Assembly (NCBI RefSeq): GCF_009834535.1
Contig: NC_045696.1
Location: 28,956,001-29,020,000, forward strand
Length of the DNA: 64,000 nt
Origin: Camelus ferus
Taxonomy: Eukaryota
Direction: 5' to 3'
In this document: one piece after another, positions 49,425 to 62,049 of the stretch
Position numbering within the stretch: position 1 is the stretch's first letter
Layout of the letters: each line of letters opens with the position of its first letter
Notes under the pieces: generated by a model
Seen by the model: only the letters and a program-made list of their open reading frames with translations
Told to the model about the DNA's origin: nothing
Databases searched by the model: none
Made by a program: the position numbers and the translations under genes

Positions 49425-50680
49425 AATTCAAAATCAAACATTCACTTAGCACCTCATCCTTCAGGGGATTTATTCTAAAGAGAGCCAGAGACAAAGTAAA
49501 TATTAGAAAACAATATGATCTTGCTACAGTGGAGGGCTTAGCTGATATTGAAACGCATCAGAAGGGTTCCCAACTGAATCCCAGGCAGTCAGGGGGAAGG
49601 GAGTTAACAGCTCTTAACTAAGTAGAATGTGAAAAAAAAGAGAACATTCTAGGCAAGGGAACAGCATATGCTAAGACAAATGATTTAGCATAGCTGGAAA
49701 ATTCAGGGCAAGATTGAAGATGAAGCTAGAGTGATAGGCATGCAACAGAAAATTAAAAAGAATCAAGAATATGAGTTTGGGATTAACATGTTACTATACA
49801 TAAAATAGATAAAACAACAAGGATCTACTGTATAGCACAGGGAACTATATTCAATTTCTTATAATAACATAATGGAAAAGAATCTGAAAAAATGTATATA
49901 TATGTATGTATATGTATAACTGAATCACTGAAACTAGCATTGTAAATCAACTACACTTCAATGAAAAACAAAATTTAAAAAAAAAAAAAAAAAGAGAATA
50001 ACGCTATGGCCACACAGTGACCGAGGTGAGAAGTGATGAGGATACTAAGCAGGAAGAGAGATGTCTGCAGGTGTTTAGTCACAGAGATCTATACAGAGAG
50101 GCTGTTAGCAAGTGATCTGGCATGAAGGGAGAAGCATGGCATAGACAGGCAAGACTACATACTGTGGTATAAAAACAAGAGTTGCCTATGATTGTTTTGC
50201 TTTCAAAATCTTTATGGTGAGCATCCACTCTGGCAAACTGATAAAACAGGAACTAGGAACTAACTCAGAGACTTAAAAGCAAAAGAGCAGAAAACACTTA
50301 GAGGGTCTACCAAACAAAATGCCTCCGGGTGAATACTGACAACCAGAAAGAAAAAGACATACTCAAACTGTAGTATTAGACGTAGGTGGGAGAATGGTAG
50401 AAGGGAAGTCAGAAAAATTAGCATGGATCTGATTTTCTTGGCCAACTTAATAAGTTGGATGATATACTTAAAGCAGTAGGAAAGATTTCAGGATTTTAAA
50501 CAAAGATTAAGTATGAGATCTTTAAAAAAAGATATTTCTGGAAGCAATGTGGGAGACTTACAGGAGGCACCAAGGCCAGTTTGATGTTTATGCTATGATC
50601 CTGGTGAGAAATGATTAGAGGCTGAGCTAAACCACACAGCGCTGATGCATTCCTAGAGAGAGTAAAAGGAATTGGTAACA
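49425..50680 (-). mobile_element. L2 fragments (about 49425-49750 and 50460-50680)
   Basis: aacattctaggcaagggaacagcatatgctaagac; atcctggtgagaaatgat. Reverse L2 signatures. Confidence 0.5.
49770..49993 (+). mobile_element. Artiodactyl L1 3' end with poly(A)
   Basis: gagtttgggattaaca...ctgtatagcacagggaactatattcaat...tgtaaatcaactacacttcaat plus A-tail. Confidence 0.9.
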
Positions 50681-51201
50681 CTACAGTAGGACCTTTAAGC
50701 TATCTGAACCCCTTGTGCTCCTCTGCCCTAACCTCCACACTTGCTCACTGTCACTGAGATTCATGTTTGCACTTTCCATTTGTCGTTTCTGTTTTTAAAA
50801 GGGATAGAGAAATTTGACTGACCCTTGAGTCCAAAGGAAAGATGACGACAATAGAGGGTGGCATGATTTCAGTCCTCAAGTACCGGACTGTTTTCATGAC
50901 CAGAATCTTCCAATGCTCACTCATTCATGATTTTAGATGTGACTTCTTTGAGCTCCAGGTGAGTAAGAGTTGGGGTGAGAGCCGCACTGTGCGTGCAGCT
51001 CCAGCCCAGTTCTAGCCCCTGAAGACTGGTGTCAACCCTGCTGACCTGTTGTGCTTTGTTGACAATCAGAGATAAGGGGCCTGCATGGGCTTAACTAGCA
51101 GTAAATATCAACAAGTAGAACTGAAACAAGACGAAGAAGAAGACCAGTTTCTCATGGTGACTGCAGCACACAGACTATTTATTACAATTATACTATTTCT
51201 T

Positions 51202-51355
51202 TTTTTTAGTTTTCTTTTTTTGTTTGTTTTTTGGGGGGGGTGGGGAGGAAGTAATTATGTTTATTTATTTATTTTTAGAGGAGGTACTGGTGATTGAACC
51301 CGGGATCTCATGTATGCTAAGCACGTACTCTACCACTGAGCTATACCCTCCCCCC
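51202..51355 (-). mobile_element. Camelid tRNA-derived SINE (vic-1 type)
   Basis: Reverse complement of the 47457 copy. TSD aattatac[t/a]atttctt (51186-51201 and 51358-51373). Confidence 0.92.
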
Positions 51356-51879
51356 AAAATTATACAATTTCTTATCAAAGAAATAAACACATAAAGATCT
51401 CAAATCAACAAAATTTTAATTATAATACAAAAGTAGTTCCTTCCTTTCTCTTTCTATCCTCCAGTCCTGTTTTCAAGAGGATATCACCATTCATTTCTTC
51501 AGATGTTTCCTTAGGCATTAATTTTACATTTCTAAATAATATGTTCATATTGTTATTTCATGATTTATCAGTGTTAGAAATATTACATTTACTTCCTTAT
51601 AGAGGATGAAAATTTGCTTCTTTAATTTCCCACTGCCCTCTCCCCATATGCCTGCTTAATCTACTCATTTTGATGAATGAATCATCAATGTTTACTATTT
51701 TCACATTTTAAAAATATTGTTCACTACAGAGTCAAGTAATTTATTATAATTACATTTTCTTACATGTGCTGCTTTTCACTTTTTCTAAAAACAATCAGCT
51801 TATTTTTCTTAGAATATCTGCTGTCAGCATAGCCATAATAGTCTAAGTGCCCTATCACATCATGTATTCCAATGCCCCT

Positions 51880-53690
51880 TTTCCTTTATATTCCCTTTCA
51901 TGAAAAAGCAATAATGGTCACTGGCTAGAAGCAAAAATCATGCCTGCAATAAAGAACCACTGCATTTAAGTATCCTTTCTCCCATCTGGAAACATAACTG
52001 AATCTTCACTAGGCCACTACAGTGTTCTTCACAATGAGCTGTGTATAGTTTTGGGGATAGATGGTCAGACCTTTAATTTCATCAGTGTGTGCTCATTGCA
52101 GCACTTTTGTTTGCTGTGAGATAATTTCCTTCATCAGAATCAATGGTGGTGAGTAAAGTATCCCATATGTCTATAGACAGTTGTGGAAAGACTTAAGTAG
52201 AACTATATCTAGAATGAATGTTGATTTCAATAAGGAAATATCACTGTCCTCTCTATGATGGAAAGTATTTAATATTTTTAATGTCTAAATAATGCCATCT
52301 ATTTCCCAGGGTCAGGAATCAAACTGAAGTTTCAGCATGTGTCTCTTCCCAGCGGTTAAGTAAACAAGGCAAAAGCCAGACCATCCTTGCAGTGGAATTC
52401 CACGTGTTGGGCTCATACAGAGCCTGTATTTTTCCTGATATGCCCACACTGAGCAAGTACTAGGTAGACAGATAGGAAATGAGGTTTATTAAATCCACAA
52501 AATGTGTCATCTTGTCTATATGATTATTCAGAGCCTCCTTTTAATGGATGTCCTTTGTTAAGCAGTTACCTATAGCACTGATATTTGCGTATTTCAGCCC
52601 ATCTTCAAATATCCATCTGCAAGCCTCTTCCCCAGATATCCTTGGAATCACTGTTCCAGTGCTGTTCTTTCCACACTTTGACTCAACAACCCAAAATACT
52701 AGCAACATTAGTCTAAATTTGCTTAGATAAAACACTAATCTGTTAATCAGTTTAGATGAGAAAGAGCTACCCAAGCAGCTCTCTGACCTCAGCAGAAGGA
52801 TGTGAGACATGTGAAGCTGGAGCAGTCCCCACGCACATGAGCATGCCAAGGTGGGATCAGCCAAAGCCCAGCCTGGATCAGCGGAACCCTGACAATGCAT
52901 GAGAAATAAATGTTGGTGGCTTGACACCACTGAAGCTCCTTAGTCATAAATTATCTATCGGTTTTATACCAATAGCTAACAGATACAGGAATGTTCTATC
53001 AATACCAAACTGATCCAAAACCAACTAAGCTGTTCAGTATTCTCCCCAATAAGATTTTCTTTTCCATGATTCTTCACGGATACTTCTATTTAGGGCTTTA
53101 ATGTTGCATCAGTAGATTTCTGATTAATGCCAGCAGGTTGTTTAGAACCAAAAGGAAATTACTTTATCAGTGGTCACAGAGAACTTCCTATGAGATGGAT
53201 TCAGGAAAAAGAGGCAATGAAACAGGAGTTGGTGCCATAGGCACGTATCCATGCACCAATTTTGACTGGTGGACCCCTGTGTCATTCGGGGTCCTCAATA
53301 ACTAAGTTTGATTTACAGCCAGTTTCTAGTAACCCTTAAAATGATTGAATGTTTTCTTGTACAGAGACATCCTAGATAGAGGCTCTATTTCCCCTTGGGG
53401 AAGGATTAGAGGAGTAATTACATCTCACACTCACGTCAATATTATAGCATCCTTTCTAAAGAAGGCCCAGGCTCCCATTCAGACATATTTGAACTGTCTT
53501 GGGTCTGAAAGCTGGATTAAAAAGACCAGTGACTTGCCATTGTGACAACATAAGTCTGATTTTTGCCCACTAGACCTAGCTGTTTTCCCGTTATAGATCA
53601 AGTAATATTTTACTTCTCTACTATCAATTGTATCCTTAGGTACATATTAATCAATTAGATCACATAGTTAGGCCATGAGGATAGGAGGTA
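51880..53690 (-). mobile_element. ERVL internal relic (gag end, protease, RNaseH/integrase; large internal deletion)
   Basis: Minus strand gives F*GLLETGCKSNLVIEDP near 53290-53340 (ERVL protease GLLDTGSE), FPS*RGQ*YFLIEINIHSRY near 52200-52270 and TIDSDEGNYLTA near 52115-52150 (integrase core). Confidence 0.75.
52770..52987 (+). mobile_element. MLT1 LTR 3' fragment inside the ERVL relic
   Basis: agcccagcctggatcagc...catgagaaataaatg...caatagctaacagataca terminus. Confidence 0.7.
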
Positions 53691-54244
53691 TATGGAAGAT
53701 TTGGGTTGTACCCCAGGGGAAGTGAACTAGCCCTGGAAGCTGAGAACGTGCACTGGCTGTGCAATGGTGTTCCATTATTTATTTCCCACTCTCTGTGTTT
53801 CTGTGTGTGGATTTAAACATACACAAACACACACATATCTAAATACAGAGATATAGTTTATGGATTGACAAAGCTCTTCACATTTTCATCCTATCCCATT
53901 TTTTTTCCCTTTCATTTTTGTAATCTGGCATTAAATGTTTGCCTTTGAATTTATATATGGACCTGAAAATGATGATTCATCAGTAATTCAGAATTATGGA
54001 AATATAATTTATTTATCAAAATTTCATCATATCATTTTGGCTGAAATGTAATTATTTCATATAAGTTACACTTGTGTGCTCTTAAAGTATATTTCTGTTT
54101 ACTTCAGCTGGGAGTAAAGTATTTCAATGATCCTTTATTCAATCAGTAAGTCTTTTTACAGATACAAAAAAAAAAGATGCTGTAGTATTGGAAATTTGTT
54201 TTCATTTTAACTATATTGTAGTTACTTTGTTTTAGTAAACAATC

Positions 54245-54350
54245 TTTCCTTCCTTCCTTCCCTCCTACTTTTCTTCCTTCCTCCTTTCCTCCCTTCTTTC
54301 TTTCTTGCTTTCTTCCTTTCTTGACCTCTTTCTTCTCATCTTCCTTTTTA
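54245..54350. repeat. Pyrimidine-rich (CCTT/CTTT) low-complexity tract
   Basis: Direct read. Confidence 0.85.
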
Positions 54351-56259
54351 CATCCTTGACACTGTGTTGGCTAAGAAGCCACTTTGTTGGCTAATTCATT
54401 CCTCAATGAATTACCATTACCTATTTTTATGCTATACCTCACTCAGCACAGTACTGTATGGAAAGAAGTCATTCATAAAAAATCGAACCATTTGTAATGC
54501 CAATTGAGCCTCCATATAGGAGACAAATCATGAAATGAGATGTTGGTACTGTGAGCTAACGTGGCTCCCAACTCCAAGGGAAAGAACCATAAGTTACACT
54601 TGAACTTAAGACCAACTTAAAACATCAAAAAAAAAAAAAAAAAAAAGAAAAGGCAAGGTGGTGAAGCCTTGAATTAAAGATGTTTCCATAGAAATTTCTT
54701 GCATCATGCCTAAGTCATGTTACTTAATTTAATGTTGATCATCTGCTGTAAGTTGCCATAAAAAATTGTATTAAAGATGGAGGTTTTGACTGAGTCTTAA
54801 CATGCTTAAAGGAAAGATGATGAGAATGAGAAAAATTTAGAAATTAAGAAAAATTGAGTGATAATTAATGAAATTAATAAAAATCAAAACCCAAAACACT
54901 GAAAAGAAAAAGCAAAATGGTAAGAATTTTTTTCTCTAGAAAAGTGTTCTAGAGAAAAAGCTACAGTTGTGGTGATTTAGTAGGAATATCCCAGAGCTGT
55001 TGATTATATGTGATATAGCCACTTAGATTTGCTTTAATTAATTATTTAAAGATCTGTATAAAGTGAAGAACAAAATTCTGGAAGAGGTAAAGACTGTGGC
55101 CAAGACAAGTAGTCATATTTCTCCCAAAGTTTTTCTTTTTGCACAAATAAGAGTGCAAAGAATTGTAAAGAATGAAGAATTCTCTAAGTCAAGTCTTGAA
55201 GCAAAAACAAAACAAAACAAAACAAACAAAAAAAGGCATGCTATTTATGAGTTAGAATAAATAACTCATAAGTATGTATATATGCATACACACACACACA
55301 CACATATATAGTCCTTATGACAATTTTTGTCCTATAGTATTCTTAAAAGCCAAGAAGCCAATAATCAATGTTTTTAAATATAAACATTAGCATTGAGAAC
55401 AATGAAGTTCATATGAAAAATAAATTTAAAGGGCTCATTTACATTTTGCATATAAAATAAAATTCTCAAAAATTATAAAAATCAGTAAGTTAAATTTTAA
55501 AATGTTGGGTGGGGTCATAATTGCAGGTTGCTTGAAAGACAGGTAAATCTAAGTTTTATTTTTGTATTTGTAGAATAAAACACAAAAATAGAAAATTTGA
55601 CTAATGTAAGATTTCATTGGTTATCAATTGTTTAAGGAAAGAAAAGTATCGTAGTGAAGCTAAGGTTAGTTTTCAATACTGAGAATAAACAAAGAGACAT
55701 TTAACTACTTGGTTCAGAGTGAATACTGAAGGAAGTCATCAACATCAAGCAAACCTAGGATGCAATCTGTATTCAGAGTTCAGCCTGATTAAGTCAGGAG
55801 CCAGATGGTTTACCCAGGAAACAGCACAATATTATAAAAATTAGGCCAATAAAGTCTTCGGTAGTTTATTGAGCTACAAGGAGATGAACTGAGGGAGAAG
55901 TGCTTTTCTCAGTAAGCCTTGGCCTCTGGAATCTCATTTGTTGTTTAGTTAGATGGCTTAACACAGTTACATGCTGAGTTGCTAGAAAATTTAGCAAATG
56001 AAGACTTCTCTCAGTGGAAGCCTTGCCACCACTCTTTTAAACACAGCTGTCTCCGAGCTAACAAGGGACTGAGGCAATATAATAAATAGAGTCAGATTAT
56101 ATTGTATTGAGGACCAGATTATCCTTGGCTCTTCAGTTTTCTTCCAGAAAGTTTTTATACCATCACATTATTCTTGCAGTTGGTACTTTAATGGATGAAA
56201 GACGATGCCTCAAGGAATGTTTACTTTTTAACAAGACAGGTGAAAGAAAGTCTCCATTT

Positions 56260-56763
56260 TGCTACTGGAAAATAGGTATCTTGTCCAGCGCAGCCACAGT
56301 AAAGTAAAAGTAGATTTATTCAGGGAGATACACACCCCATAAACAGAGTACGGGCCACCTCAGAAGGCAAGAGAGTTGGCTCCAGAGCATGGGATCATCT
56401 AGGAAAGTGAGAGTGACCACAAGGTGTGGGGGTGGTTAGTTTTTATAGGGTAGGTAATTTCATATGCTAGCAAGTGGGAGGGCTATTTTAACTGTTTTGG
56501 GGAAGTAGTGGGGATTTCCAGGAACTGGGCCCCTTGACCACATTTTGGCCTTTTACAGTCAGCTCTAGAACTGTCATGGCACCAGTGGATATGCCATTTA
56601 GAATGCTAATATATTACAATGAGCGTATAATGAGGCTCAAGGTCTACTGGAAGTCGAATCTTCTGCCATCTTGGACCTGGTTGGTTCCAATCAGTTTATG
56701 TCCTATGCTCAATTGCTGTGTCATTCTTTTAATGGTTATGTCCTGCCCTCCTCCCTCCTGTCA
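56260..56763 (-). mobile_element. ERV1 solo LTR, MER41-like (same family as 41985-42651)
   Basis: Reverse complement aligns by eye with the 41985 copy (aaccattaaaagaat; ccaagatgg; cccacttg[c/t]tagcatatgaaattacc). TG...CA ends. TSD attt/gttt. Confidence 0.85.
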
Positions 56764-57882
56764 GTTTGGCTGAAAAACACAAGTATCCACACATAGCCAT
56801 CCCATCTATCTGATCTGGAGCCCTTGGCCTTCCCCTAGACCATTATTAGAACCATCAATGAAAGCTTTCAGTATTACAGGGATGAATACAAATTAAAAGA
56901 GACTTATTTTGTAGACCCAACTGAGAAGCTGTAAGAACTTTCTGTGAAGAAACACTGCCTAATAATTTTTCCCTGCCCAGTTTATAATCTGAAATCCACC
57001 TAGCTTGGGAAAAGATCATGGAAATGAAAACATTCTGGAGGCAGCCCAAATTTTAGAAAGCCTAAGGTCTCAGTTGATAACAAGAGATACTCAGGATGCT
57101 GTGGTAAGTGTTCCTATTTACAGAGAAGGCATCAAATTGACTTTGACTTATAATTAGCCTAACTCATCTAGAGGCAAACTGAGGTTTGTTAACTCACAGA
57201 AGATTTTAGCTCCTGAGATTAATAAAGGGAACATTAAATGTCCTGCCCCTGAGTCAACCCTGATTTACACAGATAACAAGGTATTAAAAAAAATATTCAC
57301 TTGTGTATTAGCCCATTACTACACTGAGATGTAATCCAATCAGGGAGTTAGATTTCCAACTATCTAACACCTTATATGCACACTGCTGTTTGTAAAATTT
57401 TTATTGTTTTAATGCCTGGCATTTTTACAAGTTTAAGGTTATACTACCTGCATATTTTTACTAGTGGCATACACAGAAAAATCAGAGCTTGGGATGTGTA
57501 AAATCCAGAAACAATGTCAGCAAAACTAAGTATAGGGCAACCTGAGGACCAGAGTCTGAGGGACACTGGCACTGAGCACCAATAAGTAGAGTCTGATTTT
57601 TAAAAAATGATGAGCTAAATTAAAAAGTGGACTTTTAAAGGGGATGAGATGTCCTGTAGAAGTAAAATTCTACAAATCTTGGAAGGAATGATGCTCAAAA
57701 TATGATGACACATTCACAAAGGCACAAAAGTGAATATATGAGGAAATGTATGTATGAATTAACTTGGTTGTGATAATCATTTTACTATATACTATATAAA
57801 AATGATATATAAAATATAATAATATATAATTATAATAATATAGTATTAATATATTATTATGTAACTGTATGTTATATATAAC

Positions 57883-57885
<3 letters not shown>

Positions 57886-57946
<61 letters not shown>
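57886..57946. repeat. (CA)30 microsatellite
   Basis: Direct read. Confidence 0.97.
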
Positions 57947-57950
<4 letters not shown>

Positions 57951-57962
57951 TACACAGACATA

Positions 57963-58180
57963 CAGTTGACCCCTGAACAACTCAGGGGCTGGGACACTGA
58001 CCCTCCATGCAGTTGAAAAATCTATACTTAATTTTACAGTCCCCCTCCATATCTGCTGGTTTCCATCCTTGAATTCAATGGACAATGGATCCTGTAGTGC
58101 TATAGTATGTATTTATTGAAAAAAATCCTCCTATAAGTGGACCCATGCAGTTCAAACCCATGTTGTTCAGCGGTCAACTG
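57963..58180. mobile_element. Tigger2a-like MITE (TcMar-Tigger)
   Basis: TIRs cagttgacccctgaacaac and gttgttcagcggtcaactg (18/19 match). TA TSDs on both sides. Confidence 0.92.
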
Positions 58181-59094
58181 TATATCAAACCATCGTGTTG
58201 TACACCTTAAATATATACAATTTTTATGTGCCAATTGTATCTCCACAAACCTGGAGAAAAAGACCCAAGTGTAATGAGATCAAACTATCAGAATAGGCAC
58301 TGTGTGTAGTACTGAAGCTGAGTCCTGGGGGAAGGGGGCAAGGGTAGTAGCAGGTGCTCACAGGGCTCAAGGAAGTACCTACATTCAGGACAGAGATCTT
58401 CCAACATTTAAAAAACAGTTACAGCTATATCATATACACCAGTTAAATGGCAGCTATGTCTGCACCATCCTCACTGAATGTGAAAGAGAGAGGTAACAGA
58501 TTTATGGACTATTTATTACTCTACTGTATCAGAAAATGCCTGCTCTGCTCTCCAGTCCACCCCCACAGGATGGAGGAAATGTCTTCATGCCTTTCCTCTT
58601 CTGAAATACAGCTTGTGGTCCTGTCATACTCTCTTGTCCATACAGAGATTTCTTGGGCCCAGGTGTTCATTCCCTTTTCCTCTCGTCCATGGCCTCAGAA
58701 CACTTCTTTATTTTTCTTCTTGGTCACAGAATCCTTTACTTTCCACAGCCAGGTCTCCAGGTTGCTAACCTCTGTTCTCTTTTTTCATAGATGACGCTTC
58801 TTTTGGCCACCACCCTGGCTATTCCCGCACTGAAACATTCATTATTCTCTTCTATCCTCTCTTCTCTTGCTTCTCCCCCATCAAAAAACATTTTTATAAA
58901 TATTATGAGTCTAACAAAACACCTTTCCTTTTAGAGAAAAAAAAAAGCACCAATTCTTAGCATTTGGGGTACTTCATGAGGATTTCCTTTCTTCTTGGCA
59001 GCTCTTAGTGTTGACCTTTAACACGTACATTCTTTCTGTTCTCTTGCACTTTTGACTGTTTTGTTCTTCTGGGTTCAAAATCAGTAGAGATCGT

Positions 59095-59215
59095 TGACAG
59101 TCTAGGAAGTCCAGATATTAAGGTCACTCCTGACCCTGCCACTCACTAGCCATGTGACCTGGACAAATTACTTCTGTTCTTTGAGGATAGTGCTTTCCTC
59201 ACCTACAGTGAATGT
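59095..59215 (+). mobile_element. MIR fragment
   Basis: ctgccactcactagccatgtgacctggacaaattactt. Confidence 0.65.
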
Positions 59216-59779
59216 GCAAATCTCCACAATAGAAAGGCATATAGTAAATCAGTAAATGGTACTTATGCACATTGTAAAAAAGGGAGAGAAACAGGAAAAT
59301 GTACTCAACACTTGGGGTCCTTCTTAGTTATTTACAAGAGATAGAGTAAAGAAAATAAAACGGTTCAAGGTTTGCCAGATTCCCCTAGTTTCTGCCCTAC
59401 CACTCCCACCTTATCTCTCCACTTACTCTTTAATGGAAGAATTAGACCCTGTGTCCAAAGTTCAAGTAATGCCTCTTGGTGCCACAAGCAAAGCCAGTTT
59501 TTATAATCAATGTTAACCTGCTTATGAAGATATTTTAAACCAATGTTAAGATATATAGAATAAATCAAAATATCAGGAGTAGTCATGAGAAAAGATGAAA
59601 CAAACTTAGAATGAGAGACATTTTATAATATCCCTGATCAGTAGTCTTTAAAATATTAGAAGTGATTGAGGAGGTTCTTTTGGCCTGATGTCTTAGAGGG
59701 GTATTTGGTCTTCACACAGGTAATATCTCAAAAGAATTTCTCTCTCTCTCTATTCCTCTCCCCAGCCCATCCCTCACTT

Positions 59780-59782
<3 letters not shown>

Positions 59783-59828
<46 letters not shown>
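59783..59828. repeat. (AC)23 microsatellite
   Basis: Direct read. Confidence 0.97.
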
Positions 59829-59830
<2 letters not shown>

Positions 59831-61269
59831 CTGAGAAAGAATAAACTGATCTTATGTATTAGGAGTGTAACTGATTTTTGAAACAACGCAACCTAGATTA
59901 TCCAAAATGATGACAGACATTAACCTCAAACTTGTTAAATTAAGAATATAATAAGTGGTACAGTGAGATGACAGAAAAGGGTTATGTACAGCCTATATGC
60001 TCTAAAGATAAGCTTCAACAAGATAGACTAATTAACGTATTCAAGCCAAGGTTCTAGAAAATTTTTTATAAATGATTGCTTAGCTCCTGAAAAAACGGAA
60101 ATTGAACTAGTAGAGGAAAAAAGAAAATGGCTTGTTACGTGGCCTTTCTCTCCCTGTAAAGAAGCCTGAGAATGTAATCCTTGTTTAAACATCTCTTATA
60201 ACATTACTCAAGACAATTTTTTAGGAAATTATTCATACTAATTTCAAGATACATGAAAGTCCAGCTGAGCACTATCTAGTAGATTAAATTCCTGCATCTA
60301 TTGTTGAAATTTTTTATAGAGCAATGTCTGACCAATATTGTGAGCTGCAGAAGCACAAAAGAACGGGCACTCTCATGTACACCTTTGGGGACCACATAGA
60401 TGAGTACACAGCAGGGGAAAGAGACCCTGAGCTGGCTCTCCTAAGCTGAGATCCCCCCAACACACTCAGTACTCCTTGTGTGACTATGAATGTCTGAACG
60501 CCAAAGGACCAGGGCCTTCAAGGATATGCCTGAGACTCATCCCTACTTCACACCTCTGAGGTGTTTAGACTCACAGCTCTCTTCTTTCTCCATAATGAAA
60601 CAGTCACCAAACCACAGTCATCTGTTTCTCTTCCAGGTGATAGATAAATCTACCTACTTGTTTCCCCTTAGTCATCTTTCTGCAAGGAGTCTGATGGAAA
60701 CCCTTTATCCTGCCAAAACTTTGCACTGCTAATATAGTTGACTAATTGTTTTTCTTTTAGGCACTGATTTTTCTCTCCAGTCTGAAAAGGAATATTTATT
60801 TAACAAGCCTCTTTGAGCACAATGAGCCTAAAAGAGATTTGTAGTTTAATGAAAGACTTAATTCAAGAAACTCAACATTTCAGTGAAGCATCAAAAATCA
60901 AACTACTAAAATTATCAAGATTGGGTGTCAAATTTTTAAATTAACTTTAAAAAAAGTCTACTTGAATGTGCCATATAGGATATAAAATAAAGTAAATGAG
61001 ATATAAATGGCCTGCTAAATGTATTAATTTGAATTGTAGGCACAGCTTGTCTTAAACTTTTTTAAAAAGTATATTAATAACTTTTTAAAAGTATTTTAAC
61101 AGGGTGCCATGTAATGTGGTTAGAAAAAACAACTGAAATTGCTTTAGCATAATATACTTACTACCTTAAGTAAGCTTCTGTTTCTGTGTTGAAAAGTATT
61201 GAAGCTGAAAATTCTAAAAATGAATTTTGATTTCTGCATGCAGTCAGCTTTAATAATAATCATAATTAT

Positions 61270-61447
61270 ATAACCTATCTTTAACTGAGTATATTTTATG
61301 TTCAGGGCAACAGTCTATACACTTTACAAGAATTTTTTTCATTCAGTTTTTGCAAAAATCCATTGAAGTAGGTACTATTATTGTTATGTTGTTTTGGCCA
61401 TGAGAGAATGCGTGTGTGTGTGTATGTGTGTGTGTGTATTTGGCTCC

Positions 61448-61523
<76 letters not shown>

Positions 61524-61545
61524 TCCATCTCAGAGATCAAAAAAG
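61270..61545 (-). mobile_element. MIR split by a compound microsatellite
   Basis: cattgaagtaggtactattattg...ttttggccatgagagaatg [repeat] ctcagaga. Confidence 0.5.
61412..61521. repeat. Compound (TG)n/(TA)24 microsatellite
   Basis: Pure (TA)24 at 61473-61520. Confidence 0.96.
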
Positions 61546-62049
61546 AGTTAGTCTTGAGAATGAAGTAGGAGGGAATCTGGTGATGGATGAAGTATAAAAT
61601 ATATCCATCCTGTGAGGGATAGGACTATGCTTCCCAGAGTAGTGGGCTTAGTCTCACACACACACACACACACAAAAAGGGCAAATCTCGAGAGACTTGA
61701 CGAGGGGAAATGTAAGAAATAGGCGTAGACTCCCAGGAGAGTGGATGAATAAAAACTCGTGACAGACAGGGTTCGATGTATTCGTCCTTAGTTACATATG
61801 CAATTTATCTTTGAAAGCAACTGGTATTTTCCTGTATTTACCCGTCCTCTGGTCTCCAAGCTACCCTAATTTAGCCAGTGAACTGCTGCAGGACAAACCT
61901 GATTACATTAAGTAGCTTAGTTATGTGAGGCCCTTCCTGACATCTCAGAAAGTCTAGTCGGCTACCATCAGAGGTCTATCTTAGAGACCACAAAGTTAGC
62001 CTTGTTGTCTGCTTACTGGGAGCAAAAGTCTTTCTTCACAAAGAAGGTC

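Larger units (their letters stand above)
57665..58260 (+). mobile_element. L1MA-like 3' end split by a microsatellite and Tigger2
   Basis: ttgtgataatcattttact...|...tatatcaaaccatcgtgttgtacaccttaaatatatacaatttttat. Confidence 0.75.

Noticed and set aside
50950..50968. Consensus donor CAG|GTGAGT
   Set aside because: Isolated, with no convincing upstream acceptor or ORF. Expected by chance.
57670..61597. ORFs with VC, TH or YI dipeptide runs (also 4582 and 40411)
   Set aside because: Translations of CA, TA and ATCT microsatellites.
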